A stretch of 64,000 bases of DNA from NCBI GenBank assembly GCA_937890985.1, contig CALAEM010000118.1, forward strand, positions 1,824 to 65,823. Direction: 5' to 3'. Positions 19,147 through 29,697 of the stretch are shown here, in pieces. The first letter of the stretch is position 1, and every line of letters begins with the position of its first letter. Made by a program: the position numbers and the translations under genes. Under the pieces are notes generated by a model that worked only from the letters and a program-made list of their open reading frames with translations, was not told the DNA's origin and ran no database searches. This DNA comes from an uncultured Treponema sp. (GTDB lineage: Bacteria > Spirochaetota > Spirochaetia > Treponematales > Treponemataceae).

Positions 19147-20840
19147 TAGCCGATTTTTTTGATTTTTTCCATGACGGTCAAAACGTCAGATATTTTTTTG
19201 TAAACTTTTTGCAACTCTTGCATGAAGTCTTCAGTTTTGTTTGCATTTACTGTGTCAAAGTTCGATAGCGTCGCGTACAATCCTTTTTTATTGCCAGATA
19301 AAACACCAGTGAGGACAGCATACAGTGAGCTAAAAATTTTTGCGCAGCTTTCGCCAACTTGCCACGCGTTTGTTTCAACGCTTTTTAAAAGCGTGTCCAA
19401 GTTTTTTTTGAAAGTCAAGCCAACTAGCTTTTCCGACTTTAGTTTTTCAAACCCTGAACCGACTTCGCCACTCGGCGAAAGCATTGTTTCAAACGACGAA
19501 ATAAAATCCGGAAACTGTCGCAACTGCGACAAAGCTTCTAAAAACTCGGTGCCGTTTTCACGCCTCACAAACTTGCCGTTCATCGCAATAACATTGAGAA
19601 CCTGCACGATATAAGGCACAGTTGTTACAAAAAGCGTTTTTATAAACTCAAAGCTAAACTTCCGCGAAAAATCATATTTTAGTTTAATGTCTTTCCAAGG
19701 CTCATAGGCCAAAGGAACAAGGTCTTTTGTTTCCAGTATCGCAAACATTTCTTCGCGAATTTTTGTTTTTTCCTGCTCTGCGGCAAACGCATCCCACTTT
19801 TTACTCAGCCGTTCTTTCCACGCATGCTTAAAAAACACAAACCAGTCTTCGCCAGCTTCTATTTTAATCGGCTGCCAGGCTATATCCTTGCCAACATACC
19901 TCAAAATTGGTGTCATCGGGATAACCGAAATAAACCTGTTGATGGACTTAAGTGCATCCGCAGCGTCCGACTTAAATTTTGCAGACTCGGCTTCAAATTC
20001 ATCGTCACGAATAGCGATATTTTCCTGGTTGTAAAGGAGAAAAAGCGTTTGCAAAACAGCGTTTGGAATTTGGCGGGCAGATGCCAAAACGGAAGTTAAA
20101 ATTTGCATTTCGGACAAAATCGTAGCTCCAGGACAGGTGCGTCCATTTTCCGCTCCAGAAAACTTCAGCAAAGCTTTATCCACCGAAACATCGCAAAGAT
20201 TTTTTATCCACTCAATCGCCTTTGCACAAGTGTACAACTCCGCTTTTTGACTTTCCGTAAGCTGCCCCAAAATTGTGTCAATCTCACGTGACGCATTTGC
20301 ACGCGTGTTCACAACAGAGTCCGTCCCGACAGATTGCGTAAAAGGGTCTGTCTTTTTCAAAAGATTTTCATAAATATTCGGTGCAACAAACGACGAGAGC
20401 AAAATATAAAACTCGCCCTTATCGGAGTCGTATGCTTGCAACAACCCGTAAAAAAACAGCTGCGTCCGTCGAAGCTCACTCAAACTCTTGAAAAACTCCT
20501 CGGTAAAACAGTTCGTCTCCACGGAGTAATAATCTTTTGCAATTCGTTTTAATTCCCTTGCTAAATGACGAAGCAGATATTCATTGTGGGCAGTTTGGAC
20601 AGGAACCGAACGAAAAAACGCAATTATGTACAAAAACAAACGTACAAAGAAAGGCTCTTGCGATACATTCGTACGCACTCTTAAACTTAAAGAAAACGCG
20701 GAATCTCCAGCCGATGAAGTGCCGCCAAAATTATAACTCGCAGCATCGACATTTTCACGAATACTATCGAGCATCTTCCGAGCTTCATCAGTCGAAATTT
20801 TTTTTACGAGTTCATCGAATGTCGACTCTCTATATTCCAT
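19146..20840 (-). CDS. Hypothetical protein (564 aa)
   Basis: Long uninterrupted ORF, translationally coupled to pgeF. No family was recognised. Confidence 0.5.
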   Translation of the reverse strand: MEYRESTFDELVKKISTDEARKMLDSIRENVDAASYNFGGTSSAGDSAFSLSLRVRTNVSQEPFFVRLFLYIIAFFRSVPVQTAHNEYLLRHLARELKRIAKDYYSVETNCFTEEFFKSLSELRRTQLFFYGLLQAYDSDKGEFYILLSSFVAPNIYENLLKKTDPFTQSVGTDSVVNTRANASREIDTILGQLTESQKAELYTCAKAIEWIKNLCDVSVDKALLKFSGAENGRTCPGATILSEMQILTSVLASARQIPNAVLQTLFLLYNQENIAIRDDEFEAESAKFKSDAADALKSINRFISVIPMTPILRYVGKDIAWQPIKIEAGEDWFVFFKHAWKERLSKKWDAFAAEQEKTKIREEMFAILETKDLVPLAYEPWKDIKLKYDFSRKFSFEFIKTLFVTTVPYIVQVLNVIAMNGKFVRRENGTEFLEALSQLRQFPDFISSFETMLSPSGEVGSGFEKLKSEKLVGLTFKKNLDTLLKSVETNAWQVGESCAKIFSSLYAVLTGVLSGNKKGLYATLSNFDTVNANKTEDFMQELQKVYKKISDVLTVMEKIKKIG

Positions 20841-20868
20841 GGTACAAACCCTGCGTTTATTAAACTGC

Positions 20869-20940
20869 TCGGTCCCTACGGGAATCGAACCCGTCTTTTA
20901 AGATTGAGAATCTCATGTCCTAACCGATAGACGAAGGGAC
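20869..20940 (-). tRNA. tRNA-Glu (anticodon CTC)
   Basis: The reverse complement GGTCCCTTCGTCTATCGGTTAGGACATGAGATTCTCAATCTTAAAAGACGGGTTCGATTCCCGTAGGGACCG folds as a cloverleaf. The anticodon loop is TTCTCAA. Confidence 0.9.
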
Positions 20941-20943
20941 CAA

Positions 20944-21014
20944 CTTCCCCGGGGAGGATTCGAACCCCCACAGGCAGAACCAGAATCTGCAGTGCTACCA
21001 TTACACAACCAGGG
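20944..21014 (-). tRNA. tRNA-Gln (anticodon CTG)
   Basis: The reverse complement TCCCTGGTTGTGTAATGGTAGCACTGCAGATTCTGGTTCTGCCTGTGGGGGTTCGAATCCTCCCCGGGGAA folds as a cloverleaf. It has a U1-A72 pair and the anticodon loop TTCTGGT. Confidence 0.9.
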
Positions 21015-21023
21015 AAAGTGATT

Positions 21024-21052
21024 CATTATATCCAAAAGCAAAAATTTAGTCA
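21024..21052 (-). promoter_or_regulatory. Sigma70-like promoter of the tRNA-Gln/tRNA-Glu unit
   Basis: The minus strand reads TTGACT (21047-21052), a 17 nt spacer, then TATAAT (21024-21029), 9 nt before the tRNA-Gln 5' end. Confidence 0.7.
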
Positions 21053-21122
21053 AGTAGCTTCATAAAAAATGCAAAAAAATCAAATTTCACAAAACACCAA
21101 ACTTCCAATGTTTTATCGTCGT

Positions 21123-21192
21123 CATTCACCGAATGTGCAGCTCACGGGCAACCTCCGGTTGCCATCATTTGCCAGTACATTTTAGGAGTACT
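21123..21192 (+). repeat. Nested-palindrome intergenic repeat (minimal copy)
   Basis: CATTCACCGAATGTGCAGCTCACG, GGCAACC-TCC-GGTTGCC (21147-21163), then ATCATTTGCCAGTACATTTTAGGAGTACTC. Confidence 0.8.
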
Positions 21193-21214
21193 CAAATCGC
21201 CAAAACCCGCCAAT

Positions 21215-21241
21215 AAAAAAGGCGAAGCCCATCGGTTCGCC
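21215..21241 (-). terminator. Rho-independent terminator ending the alpha-operon transcript
   Basis: The minus strand reads GGCGAACC-GATG-GGCTTCGCC followed by TTTTTT, 10 nt after the stop at 21252. Confidence 0.7.
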
Positions 21242-21251
21242 TTTCAGTAAT

Positions 21252-21437
21252 TTACTTTGCAGTTGAAGCTTTTTTATTTTCAAGCATCGCCTTGCAAACT
21301 TTGCAAATATTTTGCTTTGCACCGTCAACTTCCTGTTCGTAGATAACTTTTACGCCAGTTTTTTTGCAAATCGGGCAAGTTCCTCGACCACGGTTAAAAG
21401 TTTCATGCAAACCTTTTCCTCTATGAGCCTTTGACAC
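21252..21437 (-). CDS. Small zinc-ribbon protein (61 aa) downstream of and overlapping rplQ
   Basis: A GTG start at 21437 is preceded by GGAGG with 7 nt spacing. The protein carries CPIC..(19 aa)..CKVC. It overlaps the rplQ 3' end by 17 nt. Confidence 0.55.
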   Translation of the reverse strand: MSKAHRGKGLHETFNRGRGTCPICKKTGVKVIYEQEVDGAKQNICKVCKAMLENKKASTAK

Positions 21438-21966
21438 GGTTGAACCTCCTCTGTCCCTTTTGGGCAGCATTTTCAGAAACGTTCTTTTCAGTTATGTTCG
21501 AGCGCTCTTTTTTTGTCGTTTTCGTTGCGGCTTCCTTTGTTTTTGTTTTATCGCCAGAAGACTTTTTGTTTTTCGCCTTTTCTTCCTTTGATTTTTCTTT
21601 TTCTTCAAAAGAATAATCCACAAGTTCCAAAATAGCCAAATCGGCAGCGTCGCCCTGTCGGAAGCCTAGCTTCATCACGCGAGTATACCCACCGTTTCGG
21701 TCTTTCATCCGCGGACTGATATCGGTAAAAAGCTTATTCAGTATAGCTTCGTCCCAAATCCACTTTGCAGTTTCGCGTCGGTTATGCACCGAATCGACTT
21801 TCGCACGAGTAATCAGCTTTTCAGCCGTTCGCCTAATTTCCATCGCTTTTTGTTTAGTTGTCGTAATCCGCTCATATTTGAAAAGCGATGTAACCATGTT
21901 TCTGTGAAGTGCATGTCGGTGTGCACTTCGCCTTGATAGCGGATTAAAGCCTTGTTTATGCTTCAT
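21421..21966 (-). CDS. rplQ: 50S ribosomal protein L17 with a Lys/Glu-rich C-terminal extension
   Basis: The L17 core ([23 protein letters not shown]) ends near residue 118 and is followed by a K/E-rich tail of about 60 aa. It is the last gene of the alpha operon. Confidence 0.9.
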   Translation of the reverse strand: MKHKQGFNPLSRRSAHRHALHRNMVTSLFKYERITTTKQKAMEIRRTAEKLITRAKVDSVHNRRETAKWIWDEAILNKLFTDISPRMKDRNGGYTRVMKLGFRQGDAADLAILELVDYSFEEKEKSKEEKAKNKKSSGDKTKTKEAATKTTKKERSNITEKNVSENAAQKGQRRFNRVKGS

Positions 21967-22999
21967 CTATCTCTTCCCTCTTCGTAATTTCGTCCAAATG
22001 ACCGTCTCCAGCCATACCCAACCTCAAATTTCGCTCATGCAATTTTTCTTTTATTTCGTTCAAGCTCTTTGTGCCGACATTTCGCATATTCGCAATTTCG
22101 TCTTCCGTTCGTTGGACGAGTTCACCAATCGTTCTAATGCCCGCATTGTCAAGACAGTTTTTTGCACGAACTGTCAGTTCCAAATCTTTCACTGGACTGT
22201 CAAGAAGCTTTTTCATCGCAAAATCATCGTCGCCGTCTTCTTCGTCAACATCAAAATCCGTTTCATCGAAGTTCAAGAAAATCGTAAAATGCTCTTTTGC
22301 AATTTTCGCTGCTTCAGCAAGCACGTTTTCGGCACTCACCGTTCCATCGGTAAATATTTCCAAAATCAGCTTATCGTAGTCATTGCGCTGCCCAACTCGG
22401 CACGGCTCAATGCTATAATTCACCTTTTCAACTGGTGAATATAATGCATCAAGTGGAATGCTACCCAGTACTTCAATGTACTTTTCGTTTACTTCAGCAG
22501 GCACAAAACCGCGTCCGAAGTCAACTTGAATTTCAATATCAAAACGAGCGTCTTCCATCAATTCCATGACGAACTTGTCATCATTTATAATTTCAAGGTT
22601 TCCACCAACAGCAAAATCTTTTCCAGTAACGGTTTTCTTGCCTTTGAACTCAAACATAAACGTGCCAGTTTCGCTATCGGTCAGCAGCTTGAGATTCAAA
22701 TGTTTGATATTGTTCAACACCTCGACGGTATCTTCGACAACACCAGGAATATTTTCAAACTCACTTGAAATCTGCTTCGGTACGCCGTCGGCATTATACG
22801 TCGTAATCCGCACTGCCGAAACAGCATAACCTTGAATTGAAGACAGTAAAATTCGCCTCAGGCAGTTGCCGATTGTCGTTCCAAAGCCGACCTCAAAAGG
22901 AGACGCAGAAAATTTTCCGTAATTCTCGGTTAATTCCTCTTGATTGAACTCAACGCCCTTCGGTCTTTTAAAGCCTTTCAATAGATTTTTTCGAACCAT
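21956..22999 (-). CDS. rpoA: DNA-directed RNA polymerase alpha subunit
   Basis: 347 aa. N-terminal domain ([15 protein letters not shown]) and alpha-CTD ([23 protein letters not shown]). Confidence 0.95.
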   Translation of the reverse strand: MVRKNLLKGFKRPKGVEFNQEELTENYGKFSASPFEVGFGTTIGNCLRRILLSSIQGYAVSAVRITTYNADGVPKQISSEFENIPGVVEDTVEVLNNIKHLNLKLLTDSETGTFMFEFKGKKTVTGKDFAVGGNLEIINDDKFVMELMEDARFDIEIQVDFGRGFVPAEVNEKYIEVLGSIPLDALYSPVEKVNYSIEPCRVGQRNDYDKLILEIFTDGTVSAENVLAEAAKIAKEHFTIFLNFDETDFDVDEEDGDDDFAMKKLLDSPVKDLELTVRAKNCLDNAGIRTIGELVQRTEDEIANMRNVGTKSLNEIKEKLHERNLRLGMAGDGHLDEITKREEIDEA

Positions 23000-23010
23000 C
23001 TAAGCCTCAC

Positions 23011-23400
23011 TTAAACTCGTCTTGTCTTTTTAGGACGGCAACCGTTATGTGGAATTGGAGTTACGTCGCTGATTGAGCGAACTTTTAAGCCCCTTAAACC
23101 TAGAGCCCTAATCGCAGATTCGCGACCTGCACCAGGACCTTTCACAAAAACATTCACCTCACGCAAACCATAAGGTTGAGCTTTTTGTACGGCAGCATCC
23201 ACAACCGTTTGAGCTGCAAACGGTGTCGACTTTTTCGGCCCTGCAAATCCAAGCCCTCCAGAGGAAGCCCATGCAATCGCATTTCCGTTCAAGTCGGTAA
23301 TTGTTACAATTGTGTTGTTAAAGGTTGCCTGAATATACACATTCCCAGTATCAACCGTTCGTTTTTCGCGTCGTTTTTGTTTTTTTGCGTTAGCCATCAT
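23011..23400 (-). CDS. rpsK: 30S ribosomal protein S11
   Basis: [39 protein letters not shown]. Confidence 0.95.
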   Translation of the reverse strand: MMANAKKQKRREKRTVDTGNVYIQATFNNTIVTITDLNGNAIAWASSGGLGFAGPKKSTPFAAQTVVDAAVQKAQPYGLREVNVFVKGPGAGRESAIRALGLRGLKVRSISDVTPIPHNGCRPKKTRRV

Positions 23401-23409
23401 ATCCTCCGA

Positions 23410-23775
23410 TTATTTCTTCTTTCCAGCAACGGTCTTTTTCTTACCCTTGCGTGTTCGAGCATTTGTTCGTGTTCGCTGTCCACGAACTGGCAAACCTTTT
23501 CGGTGACGCTGACCGCGATAACAACCGATGTCCTGTAGCCGCTTGATATTGAGAGCGACTTCAGTTCGCAAACGTCCTTCCACCTTGTAATCCTTATCAA
23601 CGATTTCGCGCAAAACTGCAAGTTCGTCATTATTCAAATCGTTAATATTTCTCGTCGGATCAATCTTTGATTTTTCACAAATCTTTTCAGCAGAAGACCT
23701 TGAAATACCAAAAATATAAGTTAATGCAATACGCACATGTTTATTTGGGAGATCAACTCCAGCAATACGAGCCAT
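23410..23775 (-). CDS. rpsM: 30S ribosomal protein S13
   Basis: [41 protein letters not shown]. Confidence 0.95.
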   Translation of the reverse strand: MARIAGVDLPNKHVRIALTYIFGISRSSAEKICEKSKIDPTRNINDLNNDELAVLREIVDKDYKVEGRLRTEVALNIKRLQDIGCYRGQRHRKGLPVRGQRTRTNARTRKGKKKTVAGKKK

Positions 23776-23786
23776 TCAGTCCTCCA

Positions 23787-23900
23787 TCAACCTTGTCTTT
23801 GTTTATGCTTCGGATTCGTGCAGATAATCCGCACAATTCCTCGCCTTTTAATAACCTTGCATTTGTCGCAAATAGGTTTTACACTAGTTCTTACTTTCAT
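23787..23900 (-). CDS. rpmJ: 50S ribosomal protein L36
   Basis: Not in the ORF track because it is shorter than 60 aa. Hand translation gives [37 protein letters not shown], then a stop. Confidence 0.9.
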   Translation of the reverse strand: MKVRTSVKPICDKCKVIKRRGIVRIICTNPKHKQRQG

Positions 23901-23913
23901 ACCAAACTCCTCT

Positions 23914-25227
23914 TTACAGTCCGCGACTGCGTAGTCTGCCTCGTTTTACCAATCCTTCGTGATGGTGCATCTTTAGCTGTGCTTCAATCTGAGCCATTGT
24001 ATCAATGTCAACGCCAACCAAGATAAGCAATGAAGTACCGCCCATCAAGGTCGCAATTTCACGAGGAAACTGGAACCAGATTTGAATCATTGTTGGAATC
24101 ACGGCAATAATAGCTAAATAAATAGCACCCGGAAAAATTAGTCTATTTAACACTTTCTGCAAATACTCTTCGGTTTTTTCAGCTCGGATACCTCGGATTG
24201 TACCGCCGTTTTCACGCAACTGCTTTGCGATCTCAATCGGGTTGAGCTGTATCATCGTTTGGAAATAAGCAAACAAAATGATAAACGCAACATAAAGAAT
24301 ATTATACCCAAGTCCCATAGGATTTAAAAACTCCGAAACGGAACGCAACCATTTTGCCTGTCCAGCAAGCATATTCGCAAGCTGAGCTGGGAACATCAAA
24401 ATCGACGACGCAAAAATAACGGGCATAACGCCAGACGGGTTAATCTTGAACGGTATGTAAGTACTTTGACCGCCATAAACCTTGCGTCCGCGGACACGCT
24501 TCGCGTAGTCCACCATAATTTTACGTTGCCCTTGCTGCTCATAAATGACAAGCACAACGATGCCGATAAACATGATAAACGCCAACACGACGAACACCAA
24601 GTTCACCGAACCGCTTCGAACCTTTTTCACCAACTCCCAAGTTGCGGCAGGCATTCTGGCAACAATACCCGCAAAAATCAGCATCGAAATACCGTTTCCG
24701 ACACCGTGTGCGGTAATCTGCTCTCCGAGCCAAATCGTTATCATAGTACCAGTCGTAACCGTCAAAAGCGTGATAAACACATGCCAGCCTCGCGGAATAA
24801 CTACCGCTCCGGGAATACCAGAAACGTACGCGATAACCGCAGTTGACTGCAATAACGCAACCGCAATAGTCGCAAGCCGCGTCCAGCCTTGAATCTTTCG
24901 ACGACCGCCGTCTTCTTCCGCAACTTTTTTCAAGCTCGGAAAAATAAACATTGCCAGTTGAAACAAAATCTCCGTCGAAATGTACGGCATAACGCCCAAC
25001 ATAAACACGGAGAAGTTTGAAAATGCACCACCGACAAAAAAGTCCATCTGGTCAATAAAAGAATTACTACCAAGTGTGGACTTAAAATACGCCGAAAGTG
25101 CTTGCGGATCTATTCCAGGAATGATTAAGTGAGCACCAAATCGAAAAACGATAAATGCCACGAGCGTAAAAATAATTTTCTTGCGCAAATCTTCAATCCT
25201 AAACATAGTAACCAATGAATTAGCCAT
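23914..25227 (-). CDS. secY: Preprotein translocase subunit SecY
   Basis: 437 aa, multi-TM. Typical SecY segments ([24 protein letters not shown]). Positioned between rplO and rpmJ. Confidence 0.95.
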   Translation of the reverse strand: MANSLVTMFRIEDLRKKIIFTLVAFIVFRFGAHLIIPGIDPQALSAYFKSTLGSNSFIDQMDFFVGGAFSNFSVFMLGVMPYISTEILFQLAMFIFPSLKKVAEEDGGRRKIQGWTRLATIAVALLQSTAVIAYVSGIPGAVVIPRGWHVFITLLTVTTGTMITIWLGEQITAHGVGNGISMLIFAGIVARMPAATWELVKKVRSGSVNLVFVVLAFIMFIGIVVLVIYEQQGQRKIMVDYAKRVRGRKVYGGQSTYIPFKINPSGVMPVIFASSILMFPAQLANMLAGQAKWLRSVSEFLNPMGLGYNILYVAFIILFAYFQTMIQLNPIEIAKQLRENGGTIRGIRAEKTEEYLQKVLNRLIFPGAIYLAIIAVIPTMIQIWFQFPREIATLMGGTSLLILVGVDIDTMAQIEAQLKMHHHEGLVKRGRLRSRGL

Positions 25228-25241
25228 TATATTTCTCCAGT

Positions 25242-25697
25242 TTACAAGCTAACAATGCTTCCGCCGGCTTTTTCGATTTTTTCCTTCGCCGAAGCCGAAA
25301 TTTTATCGGCTTTGCTCAAATTGACCGTCAATTTTTTTGAAATTTCACCGTCACCCAAAATCTTAAATGCAACGCAGTTGTTCTTCAACAAGTTTTTTAC
25401 TTTTAATGAAGCAAGGTCAACGCTTTCACCTCCTTCAAACTTTTTCTCGATCTGCTCAAGATTTACCACTGCGAGTTCTTTCCTAAAAGGATAGTTCGAA
25501 AAGCCTCGTTTTGCAACGCGTCGGTACAACGGCATCTGTCCACCTTCAAAACCAACATAGGTTTTTCCGCCAGAACGAGCTTGCTGACCTTTTGTACCTC
25601 GGCCCGAAGTCGTACCGCTTCCAGAAGAACTACCTCGTCCGACAATCTTCTTTTTTCGATTTGCACCTTTCGGTGCGATTAAATTAAAATCAGACAT
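25242..25697 (-). CDS. rplO: 50S ribosomal protein L15
   Basis: GRGSSSGSGTTSGRGTKGQ..FEGGQMPLYRR. Confidence 0.95.
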   Translation of the reverse strand: MSDFNLIAPKGANRKKKIVGRGSSSGSGTTSGRGTKGQQARSGGKTYVGFEGGQMPLYRRVAKRGFSNYPFRKELAVVNLEQIEKKFEGGESVDLASLKVKNLLKNNCVAFKILGDGEISKKLTVNLSKADKISASAKEKIEKAGGSIVSL

Positions 25698-25882
25698 TAA
25701 TTCAACTCCTCTACACTCACCAAGTGCTTCACAACCGCAATCATTCCAGCGATAGCCGGATTATGATTTACCACAACCGTTGAATTCAGTTTTCCGAGTC
25801 CCAACGAGCGAACCGTCGAACGAACTGCTGGTCGCTGCCCAATCGGACTTTTCACCAATTGAATTTTTACTTTGTTTGCCAT
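25697..25882 (-). CDS. rpmD: 50S ribosomal protein L30
   Basis: The start was moved to MANKVKIQLVKSPIG. L30 pattern and operon position. Confidence 0.9.
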   Translation of the reverse strand: MANKVKIQLVKSPIGQRPAVRSTVRSLGLGKLNSTVVVNHNPAIAGMIAVVKHLVSVEELN

Positions 25883-25884
25883 AA

Positions 25885-26395
25885 TTAACCCCACACGTCA
25901 GTCAGTGTTTTGCCACGGCTCTTTGCAATGGCTCTACCGTCCATAAGTTTTTCGGCAGCACCAAAAACCGCACGCACAACATTCACAGTTGTACTTGACC
26001 CCAGCGACTTCGACAAAACATCTGTCGCTCCCGCAGCTTCCATAATTGCACGCACCGTACCACCTGCGATGATACCAGTACCTTCACACGCTGGAAGCAA
26101 TAACACTTTTGCACCCTTGTACTTACCGCTGATTTCGTGCGGCAAGGTTCCGTTTTTCAACGGCAACTTTACCATTCGAGTTTTTGCTTTCGCAATGCTC
26201 TTTTTAATCACTTGCGTCATTTGCTTTACCGAAGCCGAAACCGACATTGCCTTTTTGGTCGCCGACAACCGTTAAAGCCGAAAAAGAAAAGCGTCGTCCG
26301 CCCTTCACTACTTTAGCGGTTCGATTTAACTTAATCAGTTTTTCAACCAATTCCGGCCCAGAATTTTCAGCTTTATTATTTCTTTGACGATTCAT
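25885..26395 (-). CDS. rpsE: 30S ribosomal protein S5, interrupted by an apparent frameshift near 26207-26225
   Basis: The N-terminal half (..[32 protein letters not shown]) is in ORF 26204-26395. The C-terminal half (..[18 protein letters not shown]..) is in ORF 25885-26268, in a different frame. Confidence 0.85.
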
Positions 26396-26404
26396 GCCCT
26401 ACTC

Positions 26405-26767
26405 CTAAAATTCAATTCCAGCTTTTCGCACGCCATCGGCGACAGCCTTGACAACACCATGATACAAATATCCGTTTCTATCAAATACTATGGAAGCAAT
26501 ATTTTTGTCCTTCAATCGCTTTCCCATTTCAGCACCTACTTTTTCACCAGTTGCTTTATTGAGTTTATCATTTTCAAAACCTTTTTCCAAGGTTGACACG
26601 GAAAGAATTGTATTTGCCTTGTCGTCATCAATAATCTGCAAATAAAGATTCTTGTTGCTTCGGAACACTGAAAGTCGCGGACGCTCTGTTGTACCGTGAA
26701 TTCTTTTTCGAATATGAATCTTTCGCTTCAAGTGTTTTCGTTGTTTGTCATTAAGTTTTTTATTCAT
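26405..26767 (-). CDS. rplR: 50S ribosomal protein L18
   Basis: [40 protein letters not shown]. Confidence 0.95.
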   Translation of the reverse strand: MNKKLNDKQRKHLKRKIHIRKRIHGTTERPRLSVFRSNKNLYLQIIDDDKANTILSVSTLEKGFENDKLNKATGEKVGAEMGKRLKDKNIASIVFDRNGYLYHGVVKAVADGVRKAGIEF

Positions 26768-26777
26768 AGCTTACCTT

Positions 26778-27314
26778 CTATTTAACACCGGTTTTACCGA
26801 CTTTTCGAAGTATAACTTCGTCTTCGTATCGAATACCCTTGCCCTTGTACGGTTCAGGCCCACGCAGGCGTCGCACTTGAGAAGCAAATTCGCCAACTTG
26901 TTCTTTCGAAGCTCCAGAAATTTTTACTTTCAACTGCTCAACAGTTACCGTCAAACCATCCGGAATGTACACCGAAATATCGTTTGAATAGCCGAGCGAC
27001 AAAAGCAAGATTTTCCCCTGCACTTCAGCCTTGTAACCGACACCGTTTATAACCAATGTTTTCGAAAAGCCTTCCGAAACACCCTTCACCATATTGTTGA
27101 ACAAACTTCGATACAGACCATGATAAGCTCGTGTTTGAAGTTTATCGTTTTTGCGGCTCAAAACAATTTTGCCGTCTTCCAATTTCAACTCAATTTCAGG
27201 AGAAAACTCTTGTTGCAGTTTTCCTTTCGGTCCTTCAACCGAGAGTATATTCCCCGCAACATTAACCTTTACACCGGCTGGAACCGTAACCGGAAGATTT
27301 CCAATTCTTGACAT
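26778..27314 (-). CDS. rplF: 50S ribosomal protein L6
   Basis: [26 protein letters not shown]. Confidence 0.95.
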   Translation of the reverse strand: MSRIGNLPVTVPAGVKVNVAGNILSVEGPKGKLQQEFSPEIELKLEDGKIVLSRKNDKLQTRAYHGLYRSLFNNMVKGVSEGFSKTLVINGVGYKAEVQGKILLLSLGYSNDISVYIPDGLTVTVEQLKVKISGASKEQVGEFASQVRRLRGPEPYKGKGIRYEDEVILRKVGKTGVK

Positions 27315-27323
27315 ATTTATCTC

Positions 27324-27722
27324 CTACCAAACCTTACAAATCAGCTCACCGCCGACACGATTTTCATCGGCAACTTTACCTGTTGTAACGCCCTTCGAGG
27401 TTGAAACAATCAAAGTACCATAACCATTGAAAACACGCGGCAAGTCCTTGTAACCAGAATAGCGTCTGCGTCCAGGTGTCGAAATTCTTTCGATTCCGTG
27501 AATGACCGAATTTTCCTTATCGTCATACTTCAATGTTACGCGAATGGCGTTTCCACCATCTTGGGACAATTTCTTGAAAGCCTTGATATAGCCTTCATCC
27601 TTCAATATCTTTATAATATCCAGCTTAAGTCTTGAAGCAGAAACATCAACATGTTCATGTCCTGCAACTGAAGCATTTCTAATTTTTGTGAGCATATCTG
27701 CTACCGGATCTGAAACACTCAT
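27324..27722 (-). CDS. rpsH: 30S ribosomal protein S8
   Basis: The start was moved to [17 protein letters not shown]. The protein ends GGELICKVW. Confidence 0.95.
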   Translation of the reverse strand: MSVSDPVADMLTKIRNASVAGHEHVDVSASRLKLDIIKILKDEGYIKAFKKLSQDGGNAIRVTLKYDDKENSVIHGIERISTPGRRRYSGYKDLPRVFNGYGTLIVSTSKGVTTGKVADENRVGGELICKVW

Positions 27723-27730
27723 TTTTCCTC

Positions 27731-27916
27731 CTACCAACTCGATTTTGTTACACCGGGAAGTTGACCTTCGCTTGCCAATTTTCTAAAACAAATTCGGCAC
27801 ATTTGAAATTTGGACATATAACCACGAGGTCGTCCGCAAATTTTACAACGATTATATTGTTGAGTCTTGTACCTAAATTTTCCGTTAGCCTGTATAATCT
27901 TCGATTTTTTAGCCAT
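27731..27916 (-). CDS. rpsN: 30S ribosomal protein S14, zinc-binding type (61 aa)
   Basis: The start was moved to MAKKSKI. CKICG..CRICFR zinc motif. The protein ends KSSW. Confidence 0.9.
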   Translation of the reverse strand: MAKKSKIIQANGKFRYKTQQYNRCKICGRPRGYMSKFQMCRICFRKLASEGQLPGVTKSSW

Positions 27917-27927
27917 ATCACCCCTCA

Positions 27928-28479
27928 CTATCTCCTAAACGGCATACCAAATTTTTCAAGCAATGCTTTCGCTTCATTATCGGTGGCAGCACTGGTAACG
28001 ATACAGATATTTAAACCAGAAACTTGCTCGATTTTGTCGAAGTCAATTTCCGGAAAGATAATCTGCTCAGTTATGCCCACGGAATAATTTCCATGTCCGT
28101 CAAAAGCATTAGCACTAACGCCGTGAAAATCTTTTACACGAGGCAGGGCTACGTTTATAAAGCGGTCTAAAAATTCATACATTCTCGAACCGCGCAATGT
28201 TACCATTGCTCCAATTTCAGCACCTTCGCGCAGCTTGAAGTTTGCAATACTTTTTCGAGCCTTTGTCTTTACAGGCAACTGACCAGAAATTATTTTCAAA
28301 TCTTCAACAGCAGCATCAAGTAGTTTCCTATTTGTCAAAGCCTGACCGACACCCATACTGAGCACAATCTTTTTCAGCTTCGGCACTTGCATTACGGAAG
28401 TATATTTAAACTGCTCCGTAAGCTCATTCATAATCTTTTCTTTGTAGACTTTCTTAAGCCGAGGTACATAATCACTCAT
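27928..28479 (-). CDS. rplE: 50S ribosomal protein L5
   Basis: The start was moved to the ATG at 28479 ([14 protein letters not shown]), which overlaps the rplX stop (TAATG). [11 protein letters not shown] motif. Confidence 0.95.
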   Translation of the reverse strand: MSDYVPRLKKVYKEKIMNELTEQFKYTSVMQVPKLKKIVLSMGVGQALTNRKLLDAAVEDLKIISGQLPVKTKARKSIANFKLREGAEIGAMVTLRGSRMYEFLDRFINVALPRVKDFHGVSANAFDGHGNYSVGITEQIIFPEIDFDKIEQVSGLNICIVTSAATDNEAKALLEKFGMPFRR

Positions 28480-28814
28480 TATAAAGCTTCTCCACATTTT
28501 TTGCAAACACGAATGCGTTTGCCGTCTTTCACTTGGTATCCAATGCGAGTTTTTCCGCATTTTTTACAAACAATCATTACATTTGAAACATCAATAGGGG
28601 CTTCAACCTGCATTATGCCACCTTTTTCTTGTTGATTTCTGGGTCGCATAGTTTTGCTAACCATATTCAAGCCACGAACAAGGACTGCATTTTTTGACGG
28701 GACAGTTTTAATCACCGTTCCACGCTTTTTCTTGTCTTTACCTGTGATAATTTCAACTGTATCATCACGCTTAATATTAAGCGGTTTTACTTTTGCACCA
28801 ATATTACTTGCCAT
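28479..28814 (-). CDS. rplX: 50S ribosomal protein L24
   Basis: KOW motif [21 protein letters not shown]. Operon position. Confidence 0.9.
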   Translation of the reverse strand: MASNIGAKVKPLNIKRDDTVEIITGKDKKKRGTVIKTVPSKNAVLVRGLNMVSKTMRPRNQQEKGGIMQVEAPIDVSNVMIVCKKCGKTRIGYQVKDGKRIRVCKKCGEAL

Positions 28815-28823
28815 AAAACCCTC

Positions 28824-29192
28824 TTACAAAACCTCCGGAGCCAGCGAGATAATTTTCATAAAATCTTGATCTCGAAGCTCTCGGGCAACAGGTCCAAAAA
28901 TACGCTTGCCACGCGGGTTTTTGTTATCATCAACTAAAACACACGCATTATCATCAAAGCGAATATACGTTCCGTCTGCACGGCGATATTCTTTTGAAAC
29001 ACGCACAATTACAGCCTTCTGTATTGAACCCTTTTTAATTACCGATGTCGGCAAGACATCTTTCACCGCCACAACGATAATATCGCCAATTGTCGCATAT
29101 CGTCGCCGTGTTCCGCCAATAACTTTGATACATTCAACTTGTTTTGCACCAGAGTTGTCGGCAACATTTAATCTCGAACATACTTGAATCAT
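28824..29192 (-). CDS. rplN: 50S ribosomal protein L14
   Basis: [27 protein letters not shown]. Confidence 0.95.
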   Translation of the reverse strand: MIQVCSRLNVADNSGAKQVECIKVIGGTRRRYATIGDIIVVAVKDVLPTSVIKKGSIQKAVIVRVSKEYRRADGTYIRFDDNACVLVDDNKNPRGKRIFGPVARELRDQDFMKIISLAPEVL

Positions 29193-29206
29193 CGTAAACT
29201 CCCGTG

Positions 29207-29470
29207 CTATTTTGCTCTCTCAACAACTTCAACCAATTTCCAAGCCTTCGTTTTACTCAAAGGACGACTCTCACAAATGCGAACAGTGTCTCCAATGTGT
29301 GCATCATTCAATTCATCATGAGCATGGTATTTCTTGCTTCGAGTAACATACTTTTTATACAAGCGATGCAACTTTCGGGTAGTCACTTGCACAACAATCG
29401 TTTTATCCATTTTGTCGCTTGTTACAAGTCCGATAAATTCACGCTTACCAGCATTTTTTTCAGCTACCAT
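29207..29470 (-). CDS. rpsQ: 30S ribosomal protein S17
   Basis: [39 protein letters not shown]. Confidence 0.95.
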   Translation of the reverse strand: MVAEKNAGKREFIGLVTSDKMDKTIVVQVTTRKLHRLYKKYVTRSKKYHAHDELNDAHIGDTVRICESRPLSKTKAWKLVEVVERAK

Positions 29471-29479
29471 CGTTTACTC

Positions 29480-29689
29480 CTATTTCGAGACCTCAGAGGC
29501 GATTTCTTTCGCCCTGATCACCGTGTTCAACGCCGCAATTTGTCGGCGCAACGTTCTTTTCAAAAGAGGATTTTCGACATGTCCGACAACAGCTTGACAA
29601 CGCAAGTCGAAATACTCTTTTTTGAGTTCAGCTCTTTTAGCTGTCAACTCCTCCACAGACATTTCATGTATTTTTACTTTCTTTGCCAT
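29480..29689 (-). CDS. rpmC: 50S ribosomal protein L29
   Basis: 69 aa. [17 protein letters not shown]. Operon position. Confidence 0.9.
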   Translation of the reverse strand: MAKKVKIHEMSVEELTAKRAELKKEYFDLRCQAVVGHVENPLLKRTLRRQIAALNTVIRAKEIASEVSK

Positions 29690-29697
29690 GTCAACCT

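Noticed and set aside
21123-21192. Whether the CATTCACCGAATGTGCA-type repeats are also attC sites.
   Set aside because: Their ends do not fit RYYYAAC and GTTRRRY. They read GTGCAAC and GTTGCAC, with G or C at pyrimidine- or purine-only positions. They also lie between core genes rather than after cassette ORFs.
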